Source: Eledone cirrhosa (taxonomy: Eukaryota). Taken from it: a stretch of 64,000 bases of DNA. Within the stretch, counting starts at the first letter, position 1. Each line of letters opens with the position of its first letter. The notes beneath the pieces were generated by a model that saw only the letters and a list, made by a program, of their open reading frames with translations, was not told where the DNA came from and did no database searches. A program made the translations under genes and the position numbers. Below, piece after piece: positions 14,200-29,152 of the stretch. The stretch is from assembly GCA_964016885.1 (NCBI GenBank), contig OZ024745.1:74896001-74960000 (forward strand). The letters run 5' to 3'.

Positions 14200-17100
14200 A
14201 TATCAATATTGCAAGTTACAGGGTCAAAGAAGCAATCAAAATGAAAAATGGTAAGACTGCCAGTCCGTCAGAGATAGTTGCTGAGATGTTGAAATCTTCT
14301 GGGAATGTAGGAGCTGAAACTAGTCAACCACATAATGAATCAAGTAGAACAAGATGGCGACATACCCAATGACTAGCATATTAATATACTCATCAATTTC
14401 TACAAAGGAAAAGGAGCACTGATCTGGAGAAGGCCTTTGACAGAGTACCACATTCTGTCATCTGGTGGTCCTTAAGGAAACAAGACAAGAATGGCTCATA
14501 AGAGCAATGCAGGCCATGTACAGAGGAGCTGTGAGTAAGGTGAAAGTAGGTAATGAGTTTAGTGAGGAATTTAAAGTACAGGTAGGTGTTCATCAGGGCT
14601 CAGTTTTCAGCTCACCCTTATTTTATTATAGTTCTCCAGGTCATAACAAAGGAGTTTAAGATGAGTTGCCCATAGGAACTTCTATATGCCACCAACCTGG
14701 TTCTTATATCCCAAATCAATGGAAGAGCTAGAGAAGAAATTCCAGCTTTCGAAACAGAACTTAAAAACAAAAGAGCTTTGAGTAACCTTGGGAAAAACTA
14801 AAGACAGGACTCTGGTCCCATCAGGAAAGTGACCATGCTCAATATGTAGTAAAGAAGATATGTAGTAAAGGGATATATGTAGTAAAGGGATATATGTAGT
14901 AAAGGGATATATGTAGTAACGGAAAATATGTAGTAAAGGGATATATGTAGTAAAGGGATATATGTAGTAAAGGGATATATGTAGTAAAGGAAAATATGTA
15001 GTAAAGGGATATATGTAGTAAAGGGATATATGTAGTAAAGGGATATATGTAGTAAAGGGATATATGTAGTAAAGGAAAATATGTAGTAAAGGGATATATG
15101 TAGTAAAGGAAAATATGTAGTAAAGGGATATATGTAGTAAAGGAAAATATGTAGTAAAGGGATATATGTAGTAAAGGGATATATGTAGTAAAGGAAAATA
15201 TGTAGTAAAGGGATATATGTAGTAAAGGAAAATATGTAGTAAAGGGATATATGTAGTAAAGGGATATATGTAGTAAAGGAAAATATGTAGTAAAGGGATA
15301 TATGTAGTAAAGGGATATATGTAGTAAAGGAAAATATGTAGTAAAGGGATATATGTAGTAAAGGAAAATATGTAGTAAAGGGATATATGTAGTAAAGGGA
15401 TATATGTAGTAAAGGGATATATGTAGTAAAGGGATATATGTAGTAACGGAAAATATGTAGTAAAGGGATATATGTAGTAAAGGGATATATGTAGTAAAGG
15501 GATATATGTAGTAAAGGAAAATATGTAGTAAAGGGATATATGTAGTAAAGGGATATATGTAGTAAAGGGATATATGTAGTAACGGAAAATATGTAGTAAA
15601 GGGATATATGTAGTAAAGGAAAATATGTAGTAAAGGGATATATGTAGTAAAGGGATATATGTAGTAAAGGGATATATGTAGTAACGGAAAATATGTAGTA
15701 AAGGGATATATGTAGTAAAGGAAAATATGTAGTAAAGGGATATATGTAGTAAAGGAAAATATGTAGTAAAGGGATATATGTAGTAAAGGGATATATGTAG
15801 TAAAGGGATATATGTAGTAAAGGAAAATATGTAGTAAAGGGATATATGTAGTAACGGAAAATATGTAGTAAAGGGATATATGTAGTAAAGGAAAATATGT
15901 AGTAAAGGGATATATGTAGTAAAGGAAAATATGTAGTAAAGGGATATATGTAGTAAAGGGATATATGTAGTAAAGGAAAATATGTAGTAAAGGGATATAT
16001 GTAGTAAAGGGATATATGTAGTAAAGGGATATATGTAGTAAAGGGATATATGTAGTAAAGGGATATATGTAGTAAAGGAAAATATGTAGTAAAGGGATAT
16101 ATGTAGTAAAGGGATATATGTAGTAAAGGGATATATGTAGTAAAGGAAAATATGTAGTAAAGGGATATATGTAGTAAAGGGATATATGTAGTAAAGGAAA
16201 ATATGTAGTAAAGGGATATATGTAGTAAAGGGATATATGTAGTAAAGGGATATATGTAGTAAAGGAAAATATGTAGTAAAGGGATATATGTAGTAAAGGG
16301 ATATATGTAGTAAAGGGATATATGTAGTAAAGGAAAATATGTAGTAAAGGGATATATGTAGTAAAGGGATATATGTAGTAAAGGAAAATATGTAGTAAAG
16401 GAAAATATGTAGTAAAGGGATATATGTAGTAAAGGAAAATATGTAGTAAAGGGATATATGTAGTAAAGGGATATATGTAGTAAAGGAAAATATGTAGTAA
16501 AGGGATATATGTAGTAAAGGGATATATGTAGTAAAGGGATATATGTAGTAAAGGAAAATATGTAGTAAAGGAAAATATGTAGTAAAGGGATATATGTAGT
16601 AAAGGAAAATATGTAGTAAAGGGATATATGTAGTAAAGGGATATATGTAGTAAAGGGATATATGTAGTAAAGGGATATATGTAGTAAAGGGATATATGTA
16701 GTAAAGGGATATATGTAGTAAAGGGATATATGTAGTAAAGGAAAATATGTAGTAAAGGGATATATGTAGTAAAGGAAAATATGTAGTAAAGGGATATATG
16801 TAGTAAAGGGATATATGTAGTAAAGGAAAATATGTAGTAAAGGGATATATGTAGTAAAGGGATATATGTAGTAAAGGAAAATATGTAGTAAAGGGATATA
16901 TGTAGTAAAGGGATATATGTAGTAAAGGAAAATATGTAGTAAAGGAAAATATGTAGTAAAGGGATATATGTAGTAAAGGAAAATATGTAGTAAAGGGATA
17001 TATGTAGTAAAGGGATATATGTAGTAAAGGGATATATGTAGTAAAGGGATATATGTAGTAAAGGGATATATGTAGTAAAGGGATATATGTAGTAAAGGGA

Positions 17101-20100
17101 TATATGTAGTAAAGGGATATATGTAGTAAAGGAAAATATGTAGTAAAGGGATATATGTAGTAAAGGGATATATGTAGTAAAGGGATATATGTAGTAAAGG
17201 GATATATGTAGTAAAGGGATATATGTAGTAAAGGGATATATGTAGTAAAGGGATATATGTAGTAAAGGAAAATATGTAGTAAAGGGATATATGTAGTAAA
17301 GGGATATATGTAGTAAAGGGATATATGTAGTAAAGGGATATATGTAGTAAAGGGATATATGTAGTAAAGGGATATATGTAGTAAAGGAAAATATGTAGTA
17401 AAGGGATATATGTAGTAAAGGGATATATGTAGTAAAGGGATATATGTAGTAAAGGGATATATGTAGTAAAGGAAAATATGTAGTAAAGGGATATATGTAG
17501 TAAAGGAAAATATGTAGTAAAGGGATATATGTAGTAAAGGAAAATATGTAGTAAAGGGATATATGTAGTAAAGGGATATATGTAGTAAAGGGATATATGT
17601 AGTAAAGGAAAATATGTAGTAAAGGGATATATGTAGTAAAGGGATATATGTAGTAAAGGGATATATGTAGTAAAGGAAAATATGTAGTAAAGGGATATAT
17701 GTAGTAAAGGGATATATGTAGTAAAGGGATATATGTAGTAAAGGAAAATATGTAGTAAAGGGATATATGTAGTAAAGGGATATATGTAGTAAAGGAAAAT
17801 ATGTAGTAAAGGGATATATGTAGTAAAGGGATATATGTAGTAAAGGGATATATGTAGTAAAGGAAAATATGTAGTAAAGGAAAATATGTAGTAAAGGGAT
17901 ATATGTAGTAAAGGAAAATATGTAGTAAAGGGATATATGTAGTAAAGGGATATATGTAGTAAAGGAAAATATGTAGTAAAGGGATATATGTAGTAAAGGG
18001 ATATATGTAGTAAAGGGATATATGTAGTAAAGGGATATATGTAGTAAAGGGATATATGTAGTAAAGGAAAATATGTAGTAAAGGGATATATGTAGTAAAG
18101 GGATATATGTAGTAAAGGAAAATATGTAGTAAAGGGATATATGTAGTAAAGGGATATATGTAGTAAAGGGATATATGTAGTAAAGGGATATATGTAGTAA
18201 AGGGATATATGTAGTAAAGGAAAATATGTAGTAAAGGGATATATGTAGTAAAGGGATATATGTAGTAAAGGAAAATATGTAGTAAAGGGATATATGTAGT
18301 AAAGGGATATATGTAGTAAAGGGATATATGTAGTAAAGGAAAATATGTAGTAAAGGGATATATGTAGTAAAGGAAAATATGTAGTAAAGGGATATATGTA
18401 GTAAAGGAAAATATGTAGTAAAGGGATATATGTAGTAAAGGGATATATGTAGTAAAGGGATATATGTAGTAAAGGGATATATGTAGTAAAGGGATATATG
18501 TAGTAAAGGGATATATGTAGTAAAGGGATATATGTAGTAAAGGAAAATATGTAGTAAAGGGATATATGTAGTAAAGGAAAATATGTAGTAAAGGGATATA
18601 TGTAGTAAAGGGATATATGTAGTAAAGGGATATATGTAGTAAAGGAAAATATGTAGTAAAGGGATATATGTAGTAAAGGGATATATGTAGTAAAGGGATA
18701 TATGTAGTAAAGGAAAATATGTAGTAAAGGGATATATGTAGTAAAGGGATATATGTAGTAAAGGAAAATATGTAGTAAAGGGATATATGTAGTAAAGGGA
18801 TATATGTAGTAAAGGGATATATGTAGTAAAGGAAAATATGTAGTAAAGGGATATATGTAGTAAAGGGATATATGTAGTAAAGGGATATATGTAGTAAAGG
18901 AAAATATGTAGTAAAGGGATATATGTAGTAAAGGGATATATGTAGTAAAGGAAAATATGTAGTAAAGGGATATATGTAGTAAAGGAAAATATGTAGTAAA
19001 GGGATATATGTAGTAAAGGGATATATGTAGTAAAGGAAAATATGTAGTAAAGGGATATATGTAGTAAAGGAAAATATGTAGTAAAGGGATATATGTAGTA
19101 AAGGAAAATATGTAGTAAAGGGATATATGTAGTAAAGGGATATATGTAGTAAAGGAAAATATGTAGTAAAGGGATATATGTAGTAAAGGGATATATGTAG
19201 TAAAGGGATATATGTAGTAAAGGGATATATGTAGTAAAGGGATATATGTAGTAAAGGAAAATATGTAGTAAAGGGATATATGTAGTAAAGGGATATATGT
19301 AGTAAAGGAAAATATGTAGTAAAGGGATATATGTAGTAAAGGGATATATGTAGTAAAGGGATATATGTAGTAAAGGGATATATGTAGTAAAGGGATATAT
19401 GTAGTAAAGGAAAATATGTAGTAAAGGGATATATGTAGTAAAGGGATATATGTAGTAAAGGGATATATGTAGTAAAGGAAAATATGTAGTAAAGGGATAT
19501 ATGTAGTAAAGGGATATATGTAGTAAAGGGATATATGTAGTAAAGGGATATATGTAGTAAAGGGATATATGTAGTAAAGGAAAATATGTAGTAAAGGGAT
19601 ATATGTAGTAAAGGGATATATGTAGTAAAGGGATATATGTAGTAAAGGAAAATATGTAGTAAAGGGATATATGTAGTAAAGGGATATATGTAGTAAAGGG
19701 ATATATGTAGTAAAGGAAAATATGTAGTAAAGGGATATATGTAGTAAAGGAAAATATGTAGTAAAGGGATATATGTAGTAAAGGGATATATGTAGTAAAG
19801 GAAAATATGTAGTAAAGGGATATATGTAGTAAAGGGATATATGTAGTAAAGGGATATATGTAGTAAAGGGATATATGTAGTAAAGGGATATATGTAGTAA
19901 AGGAAAATATGTAGTAAAGGGATATATGTAGTAAAGGGATATATGTAGTAAAGGGATATATGTAGTAAAGGAAAATATGTAGTAAAGGGATATATGTAGT
20001 AAAGGAAAATATGTAGTAAAGGGATATATGTAGTAACGGAAAATATGTAGTAAAGGGATATATGTAGTAAAGGGATATATGTAGTAAAGGAAAATATGTA

Positions 20101-20960
20101 GTAAAGGGATATATGTAGTAAAGGGATATATGTAGTAAAGGAAAATATGTAGTAAAGGGATATATGTAGTAAAGGGATATATGTAGTAAAGGAAAATATG
20201 TAGTAAAGGAAAATATGTAGTAAAGGAAAATATGTAGTAAAGGGATATATGTAGTAAAGGAAAATATGTAGTAAAGGGATATATGTAGTAAAGGGATATA
20301 TGTAGTAAAGGAAAATATGTAGTAAAGGAAAATATGTAGTAAAGGGATATATGTTGTTAAGGGATATATGTCGTAAAGGAGTATATGAAATATATGGTGT
20401 ATACAATGTAAATCTTGGATACACAAGATGTGTAGTGGGATAGCAAACAGACCAACAGAAAAGGTAAACTTTGTTTGTGACAGATGCACAGGGATAATTA
20501 GTAGTAAGAGCATCAGTACAATAAACGTTTTAGGAAGGCTCCATGGGAGTGTTTCATAGCTTCTGTTACCCAAGTGATTAAATTAGTGGGGGAGGTAGCC
20601 ACACAGAGAGAATAATAGCTAGAGTAAGAACAAGATGAAAAAAGTTCAGGCAGCTACTACCTCTGTTGACAACAAAAGGTTTTTCTCTATAAAAGAAAGA
20701 CCAGCTGCATGATGCTTGTGTAAAAAGTGCAGTGTTGCTTGGTAGTGAGACATAGGAAGTAAATGCAGGGCATATTTGAAAGCTAGAGAAATGAAACAAG
20801 CATGCTTTGATGGATGTGCAATGTGTGAAAGACAAAACATAGATGAGCTGAAAGAGAAAAGCTGGATATAAGAAGAATCAGATGTAGTGAGCATGAGAGA
20901 AGACTGTGCTGGTATGGTCATGTGATGCATATGATCGAGCTTCTATACAAATGGTGCGAG
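14200..20960 (+). mobile_element. Decayed RTE LINE split by a 5.5-kb minisatellite
   Basis: 14465..14659 encodes EWLIRAMQAMYRGAVSKVKVG..GVHQGSV. LINE homology resumes at about 20390 (W-x-H-K-x-C finger, WYGHVM region). Confidence 0.88.
14841..20387. repeat. 17-bp minisatellite TGTAGTAAAGGGATATA with variants TGTAGTAAAGGAAAATA and TGTAGTAACGGAAAATA, about 325 units
   Basis: Direct reading; 17-aa periodicity in the spurious minus-strand ORFs. Confidence 0.97.
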
Positions 20961-22648
20961 TGTGGAAGAAACGCAAGAACCCAAAGATATATATATATTG
21001 AAGTCACCCAGAATGATGATTACGAGACAATGTGGTCTTTTAACATGTCAGAAACAGTAGCCATATCTCCTTAAAATCAAACCATACTTGGATAATGCAG
21101 TCTCTTAATATACAAAATATTAAATACTTTTGGCTATAGATCTGTTCAAACAAGACTGATCTGGGGCTAAACAACAACAAAGAGGGGGATGAAGTGAGAT
21201 AGATATTTACAATGTAGAGTGAGAAATGGCCAAACTTTTGATGATTGGAGTTGAGAGGGAGATGTGGAAGAAAGACTTTGAGCCAGGTTAACTGGTGGGG
21301 AGATTAGGGTTTACATAAGCCTAATAGGATAGAAAAGACTGAGGGTACAGAAAACTCTTCAGTCTTGTTACTCCTTTATCATTTACATTACTCTATATTT
21401 ACTATTGTATTTTCACAATAAAGGCTTTATCTCACATAATGATCTTACATAATATCGAATCTACAATATTTTGAGAACTATACCTTAACATCGGTATGAG
21501 CAGATGATCACAGCTAATTTGAACAGAAAGAGAGGAGAGAATTCTGGCCGGATACGGCCAGTTTATGTGCTAAAAGTACTGCTATCAAAAAATGCACCCA
21601 GTACACTCTATAAAGCAGGTGATGTTAGGGAGGCTATACAGCAGTAAAAGTCATGACCAAATAAAGAACTTTTGAGCAAGACGTGATTATTCAATAATAT
21701 CTTTTCCTGGATGGCAATAACCCAATCAACCCAGTGTAGAAAAGGGATATATGATGATGATGATGATATATAAGCAATGGATTGCAGGAAAACATTAATT
21801 TCAATACATGATAACACGTGAAGTTCTGTAATTAGCTATACACACTTTTCATAATTGTTTTTAATTAAAAAAGGCAATTATGAAGAAGAATTCCTTGTCA
21901 CAAGTTTGTGACATCAATTAAAAAGATTATTAAATCTAATGTGTCATTTTCCCCCCTGTTCTCTATTTAGTTTCCAAAGACAATTTATAATACATGAATT
22001 TTTGGCTAGTGAGGTGTTGTTATTCTTTTATTTGGGCATGTTGGACACTACTCTGAAGGGATCTAATCAATGATATCAACTCTAATACTTATTTTTTCAA
22101 GTCTGGTACCTACTTTATCAAACTCCTAAGTTACATACAGGACATAACAAATAGTAAATACACACACACATACATATGATGGGCTTCCACACAATTTCTG
22201 CCTACCAAATTTTACTCAAGAGGCATTGGTCAACCCATGACTATAGTAGAAAACACTTGCTGAAGAGGCCACATAGTGGCACTGAACTTGAAACCACATG
22301 GTTATGAAGTGAACTCAATAACCACACAGCCATATCTACACCTATTATGGACAACTAGATAAGATAGTGGCCTTAGAACTGAAATGTTATAAGTTTATAT
22401 TCCATCTTTGGTATAGAACTATTCTAACATCATTTGTTTGGTGTACAAACTTATTGATAATTAAAATTGATGGTTGATAAGAAGAATTGTGAAAATTTGC
22501 AGTAACTTAAAGCAATGACTTCAATTTTTAATATGATGCAGTCACAGTGCTGTTTTGTACTTTCCAAGTTGAGAACAGAAAATTTTAAAACATTCATTTA
22601 TTTAAATATTATTGCAGCTCAGATTTTTGTGATTTCTTAAAACTATCT

Positions 22649-22910
22649 TTAACCCTTTCTTTTAATACCAAAGCACTTGAAACCACCCCTGATTCTATGC
22701 TAGAAAAATGTTTTAAAGTGTTAGTATTTATCTAAAAAAACTTTCTATCATATTTTTATGTAAGAATTTTTATGTTATGTTCTAAACACCATCTTAATAA
22801 TGTGAAAATTAGTTACATTACTGAATTCCTTAAATTCTTGATTATTTTCAAAATTAGTTGAAAGCCATTGACAGCGTCTTTCATTAGAAATATGGTGACA
22901 GAAGAGTTTA
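22649..22910. mobile_element. TTAA-flanked MITE family, piggyBac-like ends (copies at about 209-312, 4172-4410, 9317-9497, 31780-32019, 39712-39966, 46708-46911)
   Basis: ttaaCCCTTT...AAAGGGttaa termini and a shared body (ttgattattttcaaaa, cattagaaatatgg). Confidence 0.7.
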
Positions 22911-23886
22911 CTCTGTGTGGACTTATCTTACAATATGCATTAAGCAATGTAGTGGTTTTCAAGTAATGTCCACTTTTATGTTAGTTGTAGAAAATGTTAA
23001 AACAATGTAAATAGATAATGACAGTGCCCCAGCATGGCCTCAGCCTGTCGGCTGGAACACGTACTAGAGTAATAGAGATGCTTGTCAAATAGCCTAGACC
23101 TAAATCTGGAAATTTTTAATTTTTGAAAATATTTGCTCAAACATTTCAATGTATGAGTACTAATGAATATTGAAAATATACCAGCAATAACATTTATTTA
23201 AAAACCTACTAATTCTTCAGGTAGAGATGCATAAAATTTCATTAGACTACTCTTTTTAGATAGGAGCAATCAGATATTAATCTATGAAGTTGCTCAATTG
23301 TAATGAGAAGTTCTTATATATAAAAAAGAAAATTATTCCCCTACATGTGTTGATTATTGAGTTTTGTTAATATACTAAGCTCTTTAGGATATAATCTAAA
23401 ATTTTGCATGAGGAATGACTGCATTTACTTTTTTAAGTGAATGTGGGGGGGTGGGGGCACTGGTGAAGTGCAATACATGTGGAGCAGAGCAGGAGCGAGG
23501 GTGCGTGCATGTGTTATAGAATCTTGAATTGATCAATTGCGTCGGGCTGAAGCAAGCAGAATTTTGGCTGCTTACTAAATCATAGACACATAAAGACAAC
23601 ACACACACACACAAACACACGACAGCGTAGGTTGAAGCAAACAGAATTTTGGTTGCTTACTAAACCGTAGACACATAAAACGATAACACACACACACACA
23701 TACACACTAGATAACACTACATGCGGATTTGACCGGGAGGGTCATTTAGAGGGAATTTGGGGGGGGGGGGGGGGGGGGCTGCACAGCCCCACTTTCCGCG
23801 ATGGTAATTGGACTGCATGTCCTGCTTTCCAGGTTACCCTTCGCCACTGGAGCAGAGTGTAACATGTATGCTGAATGTAGTATAAG

Positions 23887-25035
23887 ATGTCTGATCAGCA
23901 AAGTGTAACACGTCTGATCAGCAAGGAGTAACACGTCTGATCAACAAGGTGTAACACATCTGATCAACAAGGTGTAACACGTCTGAACAACAAGGTGTAA
24001 AACGTCTGATCAACAAGGTGTAACATGTCTGATCAACAAGGTGTAACACGTCTGATCAACAAGGTGTAGCATGTCTGATCAACAAGGTGTAACATGGCTG
24101 ATCAGCAAAGAGTAACACGTCTGATCAGCAAAGAGTAACACGCCTGATCAACAAGGTGTAACATGTCTGATCAACAAGATGTAGCATGTCTGATCAACAA
24201 GGTGTAGCATGTCTGATCAACAAGGTGTAGCATGTCTGATCAACAAGGTGTAGCACGTCTGATCAACAAGGTGTAGCACGTCTGATCAACAAGGTGTAAC
24301 ATGTCTGATCAACAAGGTGTAGCATGTCTGATCAACAAGGTGTAGCATGTCTGATCAACAAGGTGTAGCATGTCTGATCAACAAGGTGTAGCACGTCTGA
24401 TCAACAAGGTGTAGCACGTCTGATCAACAAGGTGTAGCACGTCTGATCAACAAGGTGTAGCATGTCTGATCAACAAGGTGTAACATGTCTGATCAACAAG
24501 GTGTAGCATGTCTGATCAACAAGGTGTAGCATGTCTGATCAACAAGGTGTAGCATGTCTGATCAACAAGGTGTAGCATGTCTGATCAACAAGGTGTAACA
24601 TGTCTGATCAACAAGGTGTAACATGTCTGAACAATGTGTAATACAACAAGGTGTAACATGTCTGATCAACAAAGTGTAACACGTCTGATCAACAAGGTGT
24701 AACATGTCTGATCAACAAGGTGTAACATGTCTGATCAACAAGGTGTAACATGTCTGATCAACAAGGTGTAACACGTCTGATCAACAAGGTGTAACACGTC
24801 TGATCAACAAGGTGTAACACGTCTGATGAACAAGGTGTAGCATGTCTGATCAACAAGGTGTAACACGTCTGATCAACAAGGTGTAACACGTCTGATCAAC
24901 AAGGTGTAACACGTCTGATCAACAAGGTGTAACATGTCTGATCAACAAAGTGTAGCATGTCTAATCAACAAGGTGTAACATGTCTGATCAGCAAGGTGTA
25001 GCATGTCTGATTAACATGTAACATCTGATCAACAA
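23887..25035. repeat. 23-bp minisatellite (CTGATCAACAAGGTGTA(A/G)CA(T/C)GT), about 50 units
   Basis: Direct reading; contiguous units with no spacers. Confidence 0.95.
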
Positions 25036-28000
25036 TTTGTAAAATGTTGGTATGGGGTGGGGTAGGGTATTGTGTTGGTGTGGGTTAGGGTGTTAAGGGG
25101 GGTTAGGGTATTGTGTTGGTGTGGTGCTGGGGTGGGATAGGGTATTGTGTGGTGTTGGAGTGGGATAGAATGGGGTATAGGGTGTTGCATAAATGGTGTG
25201 ATGTAGGGTGTTGTGTAAATGGTGTGATGTAAGGTGTTGTGTAAATGGTGTGATGTAAGGTGTGTAAATGGTGTGATTTAGGGAGTTGTGTTTGAAATAT
25301 TGTTTAAGTTGTGTCACTAAACCCACAGAAATGTTCAGTACACAACCAAGAAGCTAATAAGTCTTAGTTTCCTGTTTAATTAGCAACTAGACAAGAAATA
25401 CATTTAAAATCTTGAAGACTTTCTCACTAATGTTCAAACATTTTATTTCCTTTGTTCCACATTTTGTAGTTTGTTTTAATGGTAAACACACAATTATCTT
25501 AATTATCTTTTAATTAATTAACAGTGGTAGTGAAACAATTAGCCTTATCCAAATTAGCTAAAAGTAAATCTATTTTTGGTGAGGATGCAAATGTAGAAAA
25601 ACTAATTTAAATATATTAGTTGATTAATGAAATAGCAGAAGTTCTGTGGGTGGTGGTTTATATTACATTTCTGAGAACTATTACAATTATAAGGAGAAAA
25701 CACACACACAACTTTTTTTTTAAAATCACATGCTGAAGTTCTATAAATAAAAAATATTTTGTATCCACAAAAATAGCAAGTACTGTCATCTAATTGAAAA
25801 TTTAACAAATCTTAGCTCTGTTAGAATACACCGCGAAACTTTTCAAAGTATGTGTGTGCATATGAGTAAGAGTGTGTGTGTGTGTGTGTGTGTGTGCATA
25901 CACATACACGTGTGTTTGTGTGTGCATACACATACATGTATGTGTGTGTGTGTGTATACACACATTTATCTTGTTCTTGTTAGCTAATTCTACATATGCT
26001 GCCTAACAAGCAAACACAACAGCCTCAATCTTCAAGTTGCACCATACATATTTGGCAATTTGCCAAACCATCACTATTTTCGTTTACCCAACTCTCGAAC
26101 TCTACTACACACTACAACCACAAGATGATGTCTCTATACTACAATTAGCCATATAGTAATTCAAGAGAAATATGACTCACTAAATAGTCTTTTTCCAACT
26201 GATGTCTTAACTAATACAGAATGATGGTTGTGTCATTATGGTTGTGAACCTTTTACGCAAAGGTCACAAGTTTAAAGTTAAACACTAATGCAGAGCTGTG
26301 CATGCAAGGAATGTATATTATTGTGTTAACCCTTGCCAACTTAGCTGAAATTAGGCACTCTTCTTATTTAAATTTGATAATAGAATGAATTTTTAAAATA
26401 AATTAAATTTGTCTCCAAATTGCATACTTTACAAATCATCAGCATCATCATCATCATTAGCATCATCATCATTTTATGTCTGTTTTCCATACTAGCATGA
26501 GTTGGACAGGTTGTTATGGTATGTGAACTACATCTCATTCATGTGTTCCATTGTTAGCATAGTTTCTACAGCTGGATGCCTTTCCTAATGCAAACCAATT
26601 TACAGAATGTACTGGGTGCATTTTTATCATGGCACCAGCACTACCACTTTCAGAGTGTACTGGGTGCATTTTATTGACACCATCACTAGAGAGGTCGTAT
26701 CCTCTGTCATGTATAGCGGGCAGTAATATGATTGAAGAAGGACAATATAATAGGAGATAAAACTATAAGTTTTACTGTTACCATTGCTTCCTCCTGTTTT
26801 TTCAGTATAGGTAGGTACACCATATCCTTATATGTCGTTAAGAATGACTAAATGGGTTGGCATCAGAAAGGGTATCTGGCTGTAGAATATTGCCTCAAAA
26901 AATACCATCCAACCCATGCCAGCATGGAAAAGTGGGCATTAAAACAATGATGATGACATGTAATTTGGAGATAAAGAGAGGAAAGAAGAGAAAGAATATG
27001 AAAGAGGGTAGAGAAAATACAACACGAAGAAAGACAAGCAGCAAAATGGAAAGGAGGGGTGTGAAAAATAAAGTGATGTCACTAATTTTAATTACTACTT
27101 CCTGAGAAATACACCATCTGTATAGAGAAGTACTAAATATTAATTGTCTTTAAAGCTTTTAGAATGATGAAGATAAAGGAAGCTGAGATAGCTTAAAATT
27201 CCTTATGCAGTATCTATTGTTCATTAGTTCTTATAATCAAGTAAATGTTCACTTAACTGACCTTGAGTCATTAGATTAAATCCCATAGAATATGGAAACA
27301 CAGCAAGCAAGGCCATACATGGAGTTTGTTTTTATAATCTGATCTATTAGATTAGTTACTTTGTCTTTTGAAACATTTGTCAGTGTAGCTTTAGCTATAT
27401 AAATAATTCCTCTATTATTTATAATGGTACAGTATTCAAAATAAAAAAGTTAAAAGTAGAAGAATCTTAGCAAAAAACATATATACAACACTAGCAATAA
27501 TCTACACCACTACCATTTTATGTCTGTTTTCCATGCTATCATCAACTTGATGAATGATCATGGTCTAAGTTAATTCTTAATCAGAATTACTGCCCCCTTA
27601 GACAGGTTGTAGAAACACATCTTGCTCATTTGGTATGGTTTCTGTGGCTACATACCCTTCTTAAAACTAATCAATTTACAGAAGGTGTTAGGTACATTTT
27701 ATCATGTCACAAGCACTAATGAGGTTGCCTTGTCCTTAGCAAGACTAAAATATCCTCTACCATACATTGCCTCCATTAATTCATCAACGCCATACAGGGA
27801 ATACCAGGTGCATTTTATCATAGGACCAGCACTAGAGGAGTTGCCTTACCCCCAGCTAGACTAAAGAGTCCTCACAACTATGTTCTGTGTTTGTTGAAGG
27901 CAAACATGACCATGAAGGTAAATAGAAGAGTGATGACCATGAGGGTGAAAGAAGAGAAACAGAGTGATAGGAGTGAGAGGATAGTAGAGGAATGAGTAAT

Positions 28001-28781
28001 AGTAAACAAACAGTGATAGTTACATGTTGGTTGTTGGTAGGGAGATTGAATAGGGGTGACTGAAACACTTGTCAGCTACTATTTCATTATCATCTTAGGT
28101 CTTATTAACCTCCACACACCAGTGATCCCATCAGCCTGAAACCTACTTTTTTTTACGTCACACACACATAGTCACTCACTCTTAATAATTTTAATGAAAG
28201 AAATCTTATAGCCATTAAAATTAGCAAAGTGTTTAACTGTGACTGGTACACAAATCTCCTAGTAAAGTTATCCATGTTAGACTGGAAAGTTTCATACCTA
28301 ATTGTTCAATCACAGTACATGTCAACAGGACTCTCTCTAACTCACATTCTATTAACACTGTCTCATATTCCTCCCTCAGTTCAATTCTCTCTTATACTCC
28401 TTCCTCTATTATGAAGTAGCTCTGACATGAACACAGTTTAAATACTCACAGTCAAGCATAAACACATTGTATATGGGTTCACATAGCCTTAATTCTGAAC
28501 CATGTTGTGTTAGTACTATCATTAATTAAAACTAGCTGGTCAAGTTTACATTAAATGTAAATAAGCATTCACCACAAATGGTTTGTTTACAAAATCTATA
28601 CTTCAGCACCCAAATGTAAGTGTGCACTAATGATCTATAAAGACAAAGGAATGCATTCACTGCTCTTACCCTGATTACTGAAGTAGCAGTGACACGTTCA
28701 CAAATGAAAATACTCACAACAGGACTAAATGTATGTTTATTAAACAAACATTGTATATGTATCCATATATATATATATATA

Positions 28782-29152
28782 TCATCCTCATTTTACGTCC
28801 GCTCTTCCCTGCTTTCAAGGGTGGGACGGGTCCTATTCAGCACAGCATCTCTCCACTTGTCACGGTCCTTTGTCATCTCCATTGTGAGCTTCAGCGATCT
28901 GAGGTCTGTTCTCACCACCTCCGCCCATGTTTTTCGTGGACTACCTCTACCACGTCTTCCTTCAACTGGCATTTCCTGGCTCTTCTTCACCCATTGGTCA
29001 TCCTCCATGCGCATCACATGTCCATACCACCTCAGTCTCCTCTCCCGTACACTACATTCTATCCCTCTCAGACACAGGTTCTCTCTCAACACATTCATGC
29101 TGGGTCGTTCACGCACATTGAGACTGCACATCCAACGGAGCATGCTTGCCTC
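28782..29152 (-). mobile_element. RTE LINE 3' fragment inserted in a (TA)n run
   Basis: ORF 28793..29143; near-identical to the copy at 3136; TA repeats on both sides. Confidence 0.92.

Noticed and set aside
14682-20573. 1963-aa and 1861-aa minus-strand ORFs
   Set aside because: Stop-free readings of the 17-bp minisatellite, antisense to a dead LINE, with no domain content.
23887-25035. CRISPR-like appearance of the 23-bp and 17-bp arrays
   Set aside because: Units are contiguous with no unique spacers, there are no cas genes, and the context is a eukaryotic intron.
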